In this document: positions 37,117 through 49,400 of the stretch, in pieces | Layout of the letters: each line of letters begins with the position of its first letter | Position numbering within the stretch: the first letter of the stretch is position 1 | DNA from: Pavona decussata | Taxonomy: Eukaryota | Direction of reading: 5' to 3' | Length of the DNA: 64,000 nt | Assembly: GCA_977016875.1 (NCBI GenBank) | Contig: CDRNST010000143.1 | Coordinates: 992,001-1,056,000 of the forward strand | Program-made: the position numbers and the translations under genes | The notes under the pieces: model-generated | Told to the model about the DNA's origin: nothing | What the model saw: the letters and a program-made list of their open reading frames with translations, nothing else | The model's database searches: none

Positions 37117-37358
37117 GGGCCCGGTTGTTCAAAAGCCAATTAACGTTAATCGACGATTATAAGTTAACCGAGGTTTTCTGCTCGCTCCTCAAAATTGTTT
37201 TTAAATTATAATGTTAATTAAGCAAGTGGTAAAGTCAACGTGAAAAACTGAGGGACAAAAATCTTTTTGAAAAATCTTAATCATCGTGTTTTTAAACTCG
37301 AACCTGAAGTTGTTGTTAATCCAGGATTAGCTTAATCGGGCTTTGGACAACTGGGCCC
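37117..37358. mobile_element. Harbinger-like MITE (related copy at about 53887-54125)
   Basis: GGGCCCGGTTGTTCAAAAGCC ... GGCTTTGGACAACTGGGCCC. Confidence 0.75.
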
Positions 37359-39289
37359 ACTGCTATGACGGTTGGAAATAAGCCATTGTGTAAACTTCAT
37401 AAGGTGTCCAATATCACTTTGAGATATGGAACAGTTAACCCGGTTACTAATGCCCCAACATTATAGACTTTTTCTTACCTAAGGATTTATTCCAGATTAG
37501 CACATTGTAGGATTACCGCAAAAAAATTCGTTAAGTGTGCCCGTTCCCACGTTTTTTTACGCTCATCACTGCGAATCGCCAGTAAAGTCAACTAATCTGT
37601 TTGGGCGATTTTATCACGACTTTTTCAAAACACTCCTCGATGGAGCCCGGGAACAAGGTTGAAGTGCCACATCGTCGCGATCAGCGAAAAAAATCGCCAG
37701 GTGTGCCCGCATCAATTAGTGGCGAAAATCGCTCGCTGGCGATCAAATTCGCCGCGATCGGCGTATAAAATCGCCAGGTGTGTCGCCAGCTTTACTGCCT
37801 AAGAAAATAGCGGACTATTTGAAGTCTTGCTACGTTCCTTAGCAAGATATTTGACAACTAGATATATTTTGCGAAAATTGGTACATTATTTGAAATCTCT
37901 CTGCACTAAAAAAAAAAAAAAGAAAAAAAATTAAACCCGAAAACACTTGCTCACAGGTTAGCTATGCTACAAATTTCATCTCCACTTTTACAGAGTTCCC
38001 TATCTTCGACATGCAAAACTTTACTTTGTAACCATTGGTTTATCGTTACTTCTTATATTCTGTATTTGAAGCTGAAATATTTTAGGCCCAGTTCGTGAAG
38101 AAAAGGCCTTTAAAACATCCGAAGGGGATCGTTAAGAATAATGAGGATTTGTAGTCTGAAATGTCAGCCGTCTCCTCTCCCTGACCCACAGGGGGCGCGC
38201 CCCCTGTGGGTTAGGGGATAGAGAGTCAGGCATGGAAGGGAAAAAAAGGCTTGGAAGGGGGGAGGTGAGGGAGACCTAAAAAATTGGATGGTTACTGAAT
38301 CAATTGAGAAACTCTCTCAATTTGGTTGTCAAAGTATGACCAAGCTTTTCTTTAATGGTCTGTCACGTGGAAACGGGATGCACGAACCGTGTGCCCACCT
38401 GCGCGGCATGTGTCTCATGAAGTCCGTTCGTCTTGTTGAAGTACAGGGAAAGAAAACGATCACAGTAGCTTTTATTGGGATCAAACACAGGGGGCTGTAG
38501 CGGGGTTTGTAGCTTGCTTGTCGCCGCTCATGGCTGGAAATTGCGCTCAGGCGTAATAATTGCAATTAGACCACAAGCTTAAAGTTTTTATTGGCCGATA
38601 ATTGGCGATTAGATTGACGAAGCCTTTAGGCAGGCCTGGCCTCGAGGTAATTATTTTACAAGATCGATAGTACCCGACTACCCGAGAGCGAGTTGTCAAA
38701 TTGTTTTCGTTTAACCGGTGACCGATTTATTCAAGAAAGATATCTGGTAACAGTGAGTTATTGCTAGTCTGTTGTTTTGAGAGTCAAGTAAATTTTTCTT
38801 GCCTGCTCGTGCGAGTCTCGCGGTCCCCACCTCGTGTCGAGTCTCCTCGCGGGAGGCAATTATCGCGCGCGCTCGCGTGGTTATACAAGAGACTGCTCGT
38901 AGTCTATCTTGTTTTATATAATAAGCTCAGTTATGCACGCATTCTGATTGGTTCTCACTTATGATCTAGTGGAGGACAGACGTATAGATGACGTCATTGA
39001 CATTAAAACTTTTGCCCTGCGCCTCATGTGCCACATTTTTGCTCTTACCACATTTTGACGTTATATTGGAGTGAGTTTACTGAACAGACGCACGGCAACA
39101 TGGAATCTAAAGCGAGATTCTCGGTCGCACGAAGTTTCACCGTATTTGTTCAGCCTGGATTTTCAAGTTAAACCAGAAACCCATTTAGGCTCCTGCTTTA
39201 CTTATAACGTAATTTTTGAAATTACAAAGGTTATTCTACTTTGTACCCTTTAATGGTACTGTTTACAGACGTATGACTTAATTATGTAT

Positions 39290-39569
39290 CGAGGGAGGTT
39301 TCCCGGAATATGATTTTCGGTTTCTCAGAAATTTGGCTCGATTTTCATTGGCTGACGATTCGCATCGTCATAAATTTTCATATATTAAAGTGTAGACTTT
39401 TCCCGAAAGTGTAAGTTCCTAGGTGAAAACCCTCGGTTAAAAGAAAGATACAAGGTGAACAACGAGTTTTAAAGCTGTAAACATTTCCTTAATGAAACAG
39501 CTTGGTAGACAAAACCGTTCTTCGTTCGCTGCTCAACCCAAAGGCTGTTTTAAACCTTCGGAGTTTCAG
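39290..39569 (+). promoter_or_regulatory. Putative ZNFX1 promoter (GAS/ISRE/kB-like cluster) and non-coding first exon
   Basis: GGGAGGTTTCCC 39293-39304, TTCCCGGAA 39300-39308, TTTTCGGTTTC 39314-39324, TTCTCAGAA 39322-39330, ATTGG 39347, TATATTAAAG 39381. Donor CAG|GTAATT after 39569; acceptor TTCACAG at 43402, just before the ZNFX1 ATG. Confidence 0.5.
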
Positions 39570-40914
39570 GTAATTTATTTAGCTTTACAATATGATTTTA
39601 ACGTTTATGAAAGCTCATATACACGACAGAATTTCGATAATTTCGGCGAACAACGGTTTAAAACTCGGTCTTCAAATTAGAATTCTCGCTAACTCGAAAG
39701 TCAATAGGAATTTAACATCGGACTTTTCGCTTATAACTAAATATAACCTGTTTAGGTAGAATAAACATCGGGATTGAAATGTGTAAAAATTATTTATCCG
39801 ATGATGTGGATATCGCTCAAGCGGATTGATTGTGTTCAGCTCGAAACCTTTGAGCTGGTTGAAGAAGAGCAACAGCAATGCCTTAGTTACGTTGTAATTT
39901 ATTGCTTCACAAACTGCTGCGATCAGAGTTGGAAACTTGCAATCAATCGAAAAGATAAAGGAATGATTATTATTTAATCCATTTTTGAAAATGTTTTAAA
40001 AAAATTTGCCGAGTTGGCGTTGCTTATAATTTATCCCTGACGAATACCGTTCTTTAGGCGTTACGTTTAAGGTATTCTTACTACTTCCGCAAGACAACTC
40101 AAAGCGCCGAGTCTGATATACAAACCGGAAATGCAAATTTTACTTTTGGTTTCGATATAAAATTTAAAGGATGTATTGTCATTTCACTGGATTTCAAAAC
40201 ACTTTTTGAACCGTATCTGGCTACTTTCAATTTTCCATGTCTGCGAATATCTTTTTTTTAGCTTCTAAACTTTAAATTTCCAAGTTTATTATAAAGAAAT
40301 ATGCGATGATACTCACATGACGTTAGTTCGCAAGGTGTTATGGGAGCCATTGGGGAACTTAAGCAACGATGACGGCGACTTCGCAAATAGAAATTTAGTT
40401 TTGTAAGTATTGTTTGTATTGTAAGCAGTGTTAGTGTTGTAAACACAAATTCAAGGTTTTGTGGAGAACGTCAGAGCACACGAAGGTGAGTTTTTCATTC
40501 TCTTTCCTTACTAAGGGACCGATCGTTTATTACGTCCTAGGGGGGAGGGGGGTAATTTTTTTCAAACGAGCTCTTTTTTTTTGGGGGGGGGGGGTAATTT
40601 TTTACCTTGTACGAAAAAGGAGGGGGGTAAAATTGTAAGACATACAAAAGGTACCAACTAAATGTATTTAGCAATTATTCTTCTCATCATTTAAAATCAT
40701 AGAGTTGGTAAAATCGACAAGAAACTTCTCCATATCGCTACTATTCTTTAGAGGGACAAAGATCTTGCACATAATAGGTTGAGTAATGACATAGACAGGC
40801 AAAGATTTTTTTTGTTTTTTTTGGGGGGGGGGGGGGTGGGGAGTAAAATTTTCATACACTCGATTTTTTAAAAAAACCACCTACCCCCCTAGGACGTAAT
40901 AAACAGTAGGATAG

Positions 40915-40945
<31 letters not shown>

Positions 40946-43417
40946 CGCTACTTAGATCAGTCCCTTAACGCACTGTTGAACGCCATTCCTATCAATTTAG
41001 TTCCCGGATAGTTCGGCCACACTGTACAAATTGACAAATTGGAATAATCGCAAAGTAGTAGAAGAAACGCGAAGTTATATTTTCAAGTGACATTTTCGTT
41101 GGCGTTGCCGTCGTCGTTGTTTTTAAAGTTCCCTAAATTACAACATGTCCGAGAGCTCACCGCGTTCTTTCATATAATCAATAGAGACTCTGAGAAACAA
41201 CGCCAACGAAAACGTCGTTTGAAAATAATAGTTCGCGGTATTTGTTACTACCTCGCGATTATTCCAATTCGTTCAACTTGTATAATGTGGCCAAATTATC
41301 CAGGAAGAGAACAGGTGGAAACGGCGTTCAAGTTGAGACAGAGATAAAAATATAACGTTATAAAAATATTTATCCTCGAGCTCATGAGCTTTGTTTCTCC
41401 AGAAAACCTTGAATTTGGTCGTGGACGAGTAAGGCGGAGAAATGTACCGAAATTTATAACGCACGTGCCGGGCCTTTGTTTTTCTCATTTTAAAAATTCT
41501 ATTATTGACGTTCTCGTTGCCTTCGCCGCAGTAGCTTTTTACTCCCTAGTGACTCTCTTATGCGGTTTTTTTTTGCGGTGCTGTTGTATCTCAAACAGAA
41601 AAACATTTTAAAAGGGGACAGGCTAAACACGATTCCCGCTGGTTGCCAAATGTGCATGGCTATAGCTCGCCGGAGTTAGCTCTGTTGCAACTTAACGGCT
41701 CAGATAGCCTGCAAGATTTCAACTAGCGCTAAATGTTATATGAAAAGGTACAAAATCTTCACTCGCGATATGCAGTTTATACTTTTAATCTACAGTAAAG
41801 TTGCAGGATGTTTTTGTAGTGTAATACATCCAGATATTGGAAAATCGATTCTCAAACTCATTAATAATTCATCAAGAGAAAACAATGAAAGAAAATCACT
41901 ACAGTGACCGTGGTTTGAATATATATGTGTTCCTAATTACCATAAAATTTTGCCAACATTAGTCTTGAATTTCTCCATTATCATCTGAGAAGCCATATCA
42001 AACACTCAAAAGTGTGTTTCATCAGATATGCAAACACGGAGAAGTCGTTTAAATAAAACAGGCTGTGCCTCGTTTTTTCAACCTACTTCTCAGTGTTTGG
42101 ATATCTGATGAAACACGCCTTCTCGTGTTTGATATATTACTTATCCCACGAATTCGTTTCTTCGAGTTATATGGATTTCCAATATTTGTCGATTATTAAA
42201 TTTTATCGCCTAACAAAGATCGATTTTTACTGACTATCCAAATAATCATTCCTGGTGTGGTAGTCAAACCACTTCTCGAAAAACGTGAATGTTGTTTAGA
42301 ATGCAACATGTTCGGTATGTACATGTGACACGAAACATGCTAATGTTCACTACTGACCGAAATTTCATCGGTCTCGCTTCGCTTTCTTGACGTAATTGGC
42401 TATTTTCGAGTTGCTGTGAACCTAAGGTTAAGTGCAAAACGTTTCATATGAAAATTAGTTTTGTTTGCATATGAATGAAAACTAATTTTCATAACTAAAA
42501 CTTTGCACTTAGCTTCGCTTTCATAATGAGGTTCAAAGAATCTCGGAGGTCTATTGATTTAACCGGTCGGTAATCGAACTCAATCGAGCCACCCCGGCGT
42601 CTCCGCCCCCAGAGGGACTTCTACAGGCCGATTTAGACGGTACAACGTTTGCTTGCCACTGTCTGATACGATTTCTGTAGCGCGCGCTGCTAGCGTCATG
42701 CAAAAAATAGCACACAACTAACGTAGTTCAACATTCGCTACACCTAGGATTGCTAGGTATAGGCAATGTTGAATGAAGACATTTTTGCCACGCAGATGCA
42801 AATTTTGTTTCGGAAACATACAGTTTAGCCAGCGAGGAAATATTTTGGCACAAAACTCTGTCGAACGGAATATTCGCTTTCAGGAGAAAGGAAGCGTTTG
42901 AGACTTTCGTCCCAGTTGCAACCTAACATCCTCAAGGTAACATAATTGAAGATAACAAAACAGAAGAAGGGTATCCGGTAACATATTTCACAATGGACCA
43001 TTAAAAACAATTACAATTATCGAAACGGAGGACTACAGTTCCACAAGAGCACGCCCTTGGTTTTATCCACCCCGAGGAAACAATGTTTCCTAGTTAAATC
43101 TTATAGCCAGGGCCGTACGATAAACGGTCAATCAAAATATGCTGGTTATTGACGTTAAAAAGTAGTCAAAAAATTCGCGTCAAGTTATTTTATACTTTTT
43201 ACATGTACTGCGTTACCTACACCACAGTTAATTTCAAAAGATAGCAACAGCATTTGGGGAACACAGGCAGAGGAATGATCTTTTGTCAGTGATTATTAGT
43301 CAACTGTATTAATTTGTTTGGATGTTATTTCAAAACGTTTTATACAGTAAGACCCTCCGCTTTTGATTAAATTTACAATTCAACATTTCGTACTCGTTCA
43401 CAGACACCCAGCTCTTT

Positions 43418-46400
43418 ATGGAAGTTGTAGTTAAACCGTATAGGCAAGTTCCACGTGGTGGAGGTGGAGGAAGAGGCCGGGGGCGCGGAAGAGGGGGCGG
43501 TAGGGGCGGAAGGGGTGGAGGATCCGGAAGAGGGGGGCGCAGTGGAGACGGAGCCTCGCAGCATCCCCGTCAAGTTAGGCTTGGATTCAAAGCACTTCAA
43601 GATGTAGAGAAAAAAAGCCCGGACGAAATCGTCCTCGATTTAACATCCAGTCGATGTTTCCCTGCAACAGGGGATTTGTTAGAGCAGTCACCAATGAAGG
43701 ATGACTGGATCGTTCTGATCGTCAGCATTGTTGCCAAAGCGTGTGGTTGCAGCTCTAAGGAGTACTTGTTAAAGCTGCTTAACCTGCTACCACAGTCAAT
43801 GTTTCTCAAATTACACCTGAGAGCATTCCTCAACAGGCTGTCCGCTTGCAGAATGTCTGCCTCCGACGTCGCTACGTTTTTGAGAAATGTCCTCAAAATA
43901 ATGAACGAGTTGCTCCGAAGATTTCCGAACTCCTACGCCGATCTTCCGGTGAACGACTTGTTCTGTGGAATCAAGTTTTTGTCTGACAGTGGAGAGCTAA
44001 GCGACGTCTCACTTGTGAAAGACGTGGAAGCACTGTTAAAACTGAAAAATCAAAAGGCAGACGAGCTCAAGAAACAAGAAGAGGAAAAGCAACACAAAAG
44101 GAGGCCTCGCAGAGATGGTGAGAATATTTTTTAAAAGGAAAAAGAACTGACGCCGGCTGTTTCAGTAGTTGATCCGTGTAGGTCTTCTTCTTGAGCTTCC
44201 TTTGGGGATTTTGGAGAGCCTACTTTCAATTCATGACAGACAGCCCAAGATATCAGACTTCTCGTACTTAAGATATTTTAACCTGCGTGGCCGTGTGCTA
44301 GAAAGGAGGGGGAAAGAGGAGATTCGGCCGCGCGCGAGGCGAGTGATTCCCTGGCTCTTTTCTCGGCCTTTCTAGCACCTTCCACGAAGGCTAAAGATAT
44401 TTAAACTTCTTTAATTTGTCCGGCTCAAGGAAAATCGAGGGATGATTGAGCGGTCGATCACGCAAACGAGTGCAAAACAGGCGTCGCCTCCCGCGAGGAG
44501 ATTCACCACGATTTTCACGCGCACTTGGTTGTTTGGCTTGCTCTTCTTAATCCCTTGGAGAAATAAAGCACTAGTCTTTCGCGGTAGTCTGTGGCCATGA
44601 AACCGGTATTCGTGAAATTTTGAGAAGAAATCGAAGGATCTGTAGAAGTTCCCTTCATTAACCTGTGTTTGCACAACATTTCTTGTTCTCAATTTCTTTT
44701 AGCACAGTTTAAAGGCATCATTCATGTCCATGGAATTAGAAGATGGGAACTAAATATTTTCTCGAAATTGACAACTGAAATCGCCAACTTGAAACAGCCA
44801 AACAGAACCTTTTCTTGATTCACTCTAAAGGAAATTACTGATATAACTTTTTCACTATGTTTAGCTGGCGAGAATGACGATGTAAATCCACCTGACGATT
44901 TTCGTACGCTAAGCGTTATACCAACACAAGAAGACATCTTGACAGCGGAGCGACCCTTTCTCAGAAGAAACATAGTTGATGGGAGTTACCAAAACGCGGA
45001 GCATTATTTGGACGTACAATTTCGGCTCCTTCGAGAGGACTTCGTCAGGCCTCTCCGTGACGGGATCGCGAAGCTTTTGGAGCGTATCGGCTCCGCAAAT
45101 ATTGGCGCCTTGCAGGACATTCGCGTTTACAAGGATGTTCGCCTGTTGTATCCCGTTTGTACGTCTAACGGCCTCCGTTACAGGATCAAATTTGATAACA
45201 CCAGGCTTAGGCATGTGCGCTGGGAGAACAGCAAGCGTCTTATCTTTGGCTCGCTGATGTGTTTGTCCAAGGACAAGTTTGAGAGTTTTGTCTTTGCCAC
45301 TGTGGCTAATCGCGACGTCAAAGAGCTAAAACAAGTAAGCTGACAATTAAAGCAACTGTAAGGTTTTAACTTTGCTTCGTCTCTCCCGCGGTCTGGACAA
45401 ATTAAATTTTGCAATCTGACATTGACAGCGATTTTCAATGTCCACGTGCACAGTGGACTATTCTCTGCTATGCTCGTAACACTGAAAGTGTCACGAGAAG
45501 ACAAGATTTCTTTTATCTGGGCCCTCTCTTTTCATGTACTTCACACGAGCCAAACCTGATTACAGTTTAGGTGGACCCAAATTCGCACGTCTTTTCGCGT
45601 TTCACACCGGTTATCGTGTTTTTACTTTCACAACTGAGATGTGATTGGGTTATTGCAACAGTGGTTTTGTTTTATTTGTTTTCCCTTTTTCTTTCTCATT
45701 GGCTAGATGTAATAAGTGTGCTTTTGTTTACTTTAGAGCAGTTTCAGTTCAATTGAGTGTCGAAAGTAATTTCGCGTTTGCTTTAGTTTTGCTTTACTGC
45801 ACTCTGTGATTAGGTGGCATCATTTGGGTCACTTTTTCAACCAATGAAAGTAAAACTGGCAAACCCAGTCGTGACCTGCTCGCATTCACTTTCCTCTGTC
45901 TGGCGCCAGTGACGTATCTTTGGTTTTAATTTTGATTGTTTGATTGCGCTGTTCAAGAGAGGTTGAAAAGGTACCCCTTCATCTTCTCTTGGCTATTTTA
46001 ATCCTTCCTGATCGATCAGAGTAATAAGTTGGTTTTGGTATTCGACACTCAATTGAAAAGCGCTCTAATGGCAAATGCCTTTTTAAGTTCCTAATCGATG
46101 GTCAAGACTTAGAAAAGCTAGGGCAAGATGTCATTATTCAATTCATAATTCTATTTACAAGAGGTTCACCCTTTATATTAAGACTACACTCTTGGCACTC
46201 TTGGTATTTTTTGTTTAGGGTATCGTAGAAATCCAGTTTATCAATTTCTCTGATAACGTGAGACTTGAAGAAGGAGATGTGTACCAGATGGTGGAAAGTA
46301 CTGTTTACTTCGAAGCTTATCGCCACATACTCGAGGGGCTCAAAGAAGTTGATCCACAACATTTACCTTTACAGGTAATGCTTAATCAATCACTGAAGTG

Positions 46401-49400
46401 ACTATTGACTGCTAAATGGTCGCGTTTTTCTTTAAATAACGAGGGAAAGAGGTGAAAGTTATCAAAAATGGAACAACATAATGAGACTTGTGAATTGAAT
46501 TATAGAGCTTGCATTGGAAACTTTGATTCTCCTCAAATTAAGTTATCAGGCCTCCTCCTAAGATTGCGACTCGCGACTGATCAAGTAGAAATTTGAAGAT
46601 TGGGTGTGTAGCTGGCGCCGTAAGTTTTCATTTTAGGAGAGTTGTCCAGTTATAGCAAAACTTTTGCAAATAATTCGAACACCGAGGCTGTGAACTGTGG
46701 ATATCTGTCGCATCAGATCACAAGCCACAACGGTATTTGACCTTTGATAGGTGAAGGATGTTAGTGACACGTTTCTTTGATGTTTTATTCAAACAGAAGT
46801 ACATTGTCAATTGTGAGAAACTAGTTGAGCCTCCTGCGTACCTGAGGAACAGGTATCGTGGACGAGTGACCTTTGACCTCACGCCCATCATGAGCAAAGA
46901 CAGCAGGAATGCGACTACAAGGTATTACAAATAAATAGCAGCTACAAGGAAGAGCAGCCCGACTGATTATAAAAAAGAAGTTTTTTATTTTTCTGGTTGT
47001 AGAGTCGTGCACTTCTGCCAGATGTGATAACTAATCAAGGGACACGTCCTCTGTTTTCATCTAATCAGGGCAAACGTCCAGTGTTTTCAACCAATCAGGG
47101 CAAACGTCCAGTCTTTTCAACCAATCAGGGCAAACGTCCGGTTTTTTCAACCAATCAGCGGCAATCCCAAGACATTTCATTCTGTGTATTTTCGCGCGCT
47201 TATCGCTGTTCGGTGTACATGTCGGATCAGTTTCATTGTGTTTTTCTCGGCTTTTGGTGGCGAAGAGATGACGATGTTCTCTTGGTCAGATATGATATAA
47301 GAACAGTCGGTACCAGAAAACGAAGGTACAACATCAGCCGATATCAAGTTTGCATACTAGCGATGTACGTGAAAGGCAATACTGAAAACGACAGTCTTCC
47401 TCGGTAGGGGTAATAGAAAAATCGTAAACAGCTTGGAGACGTTAATTTTGTAGGGATGAGTCAGACTAGAAAAGGCCGAGCGCCTGTGAGACGAGAAAGA
47501 AATATTGTCAATAACAAGGGAACAATGAACCATAGAGATACAATGCCGTTTCTTTTTGTTTTTCGTCTCCCCATTTTCTCCACAACCTGAGTGCCCACCC
47601 GCGCGAAAATGCCCGCCCACGAACGCTAGACGTAAATATCAATTCCGACTGTTAGCTCTATTACATTCTTGCTAAAACGCTTTTGTTGATTCAATTTACA
47701 GCACTCCTTCTCTAACACAGATGAGACTACGACTTGCAGGGCTTAACCTCAGAGACGGCGCTCGAAAAGGTGAGTGACACGCTCTCTAATTGGAGTGACT
47801 CTTTCGGTGAAATGAATTAAATCTCCGAGTCCAGAAGAACTTAAGCCTTAAATCGATTTCTATACTTAACGAAGCGGCTAAGTAAGCATAACAACTTCCC
47901 AGAAAATTTAGAGATTGCTTATACACGATTATGTATCTAGGCCCAATCTTTCAATTCAAGGTTAGTTTCACCCTATAATTTATCAGTGAAACTTAAAATA
48001 AATGTCAATTCCAGTTCATCTTGTCTTGTTTTTCGGTGTTACTTTCCCTCGGCTATACTTTCTACATTGGACCAAGAATTAGCAGCAAAAATGCTTTTGA
48101 ATAAGATGAAGACGAGCCTAGTTACCGTTCAATCCGGGATCAACGTTAATCGTCCAATCATGTGCGCGTCCGTGCTGATCGGACGTGTAAATCGTTCGTC
48201 CGCTCGAAAAAGTTACTAAAGTTGAATTTAACTTGTATAATGACTGCCAAACAGTCAAAGAAAGAGAATGATTCTCTTAAAGCACAGCTGGAAGTATTGA
48301 CCAAAGAAATTTCAATGCTAAAAGCGACAATTAGTAATGCTGAATCAGCAAATGACACTCGTGCAAATGACCGAAGCCGCCATGATGGAGAGAATCGATG
48401 CAGTAGTTCCGCTAAAGCCGACGCAGAGAAAGAAGAGCGCGAGCATGGCCTTCAATTCCTGAGCAATGAGTACGACGATCTCTCAAGTTTTCGCCGTGAA
48501 GCCATCAACAAAATAAATCTTATAGAGGAAAAATTGAAAAAGCTTGGAGATCGAGTCGAAGAGCTAGCAAACGCCGTTGACTCGGCTGAGCTTTACAGTT
48601 ACCAATACAACTTGAAAATTGTTGGATTGCCTCAAGCAGCGGAGTACGAATCTTCGGAAGCGACCGCAGCTTTATGTCTAAAGCTATTTGAAACCATGGG
48701 AGCTGATCGAATCAACATTAACGACATAGACATTGCTCATCGTGTTCCATCACGAAGAAGATCGAACGAAGGGGCATCGAATGGTAACAGGCCAGACCCA
48801 GTTATCTGCAAATTTACCCGCCGCCTTGCAAGAGATAAGGTCTTAAGCAAAAGACAAGAAGTTAGAAAGGTGTAGTATTCAGAGCTTGGTCTTACTTCCG
48901 ATGACACAGTCAATTATCTTGCCGTCTACGAGCATCTAACTCCAAGATTACAGAATCTACTTTTTGAGGCCAAGAAATTCCAAACCAGCCATCGCTACCA
49001 ATTTTGCTGGGCGAAAGGTTCTACAATCCTACTAAGGCAATCCTCCGACTCCCGTGTCATTAAACTAAAATCCATGAGCGACCTGGAAGTTCTCACCAGC
49101 CGACATCAGAGATAAGTTTGTTACCACAACTCTTAATCTTATTCTAAGCCTCATGACTGTAATAACAAACATTCAAACTTCTCGCCAACGCAGAAATGAT
49201 CTTAAAGAACTACCATATTATAATGTAACTTCATGTCTACTTACCGTCCATGGTCAATTTAATAATAGTTTGGCTAACGATTTACCCACAAAACAACTTC
49301 TAGACAAATTACCTAGTCTTTACGATTTAGATCTCTTTAACCTAAACATCAATGAAGACATAAATCCTGATGAGAATTTTGCATACAAACAATCTCGATC

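Noticed and set aside
43373-43896. Antisense ORFs over ZNFX1 exons (also 60103-60393, 61286-61583, 62324-62737)
   Set aside because: Shadow ORFs of coding exons, with no independent support.
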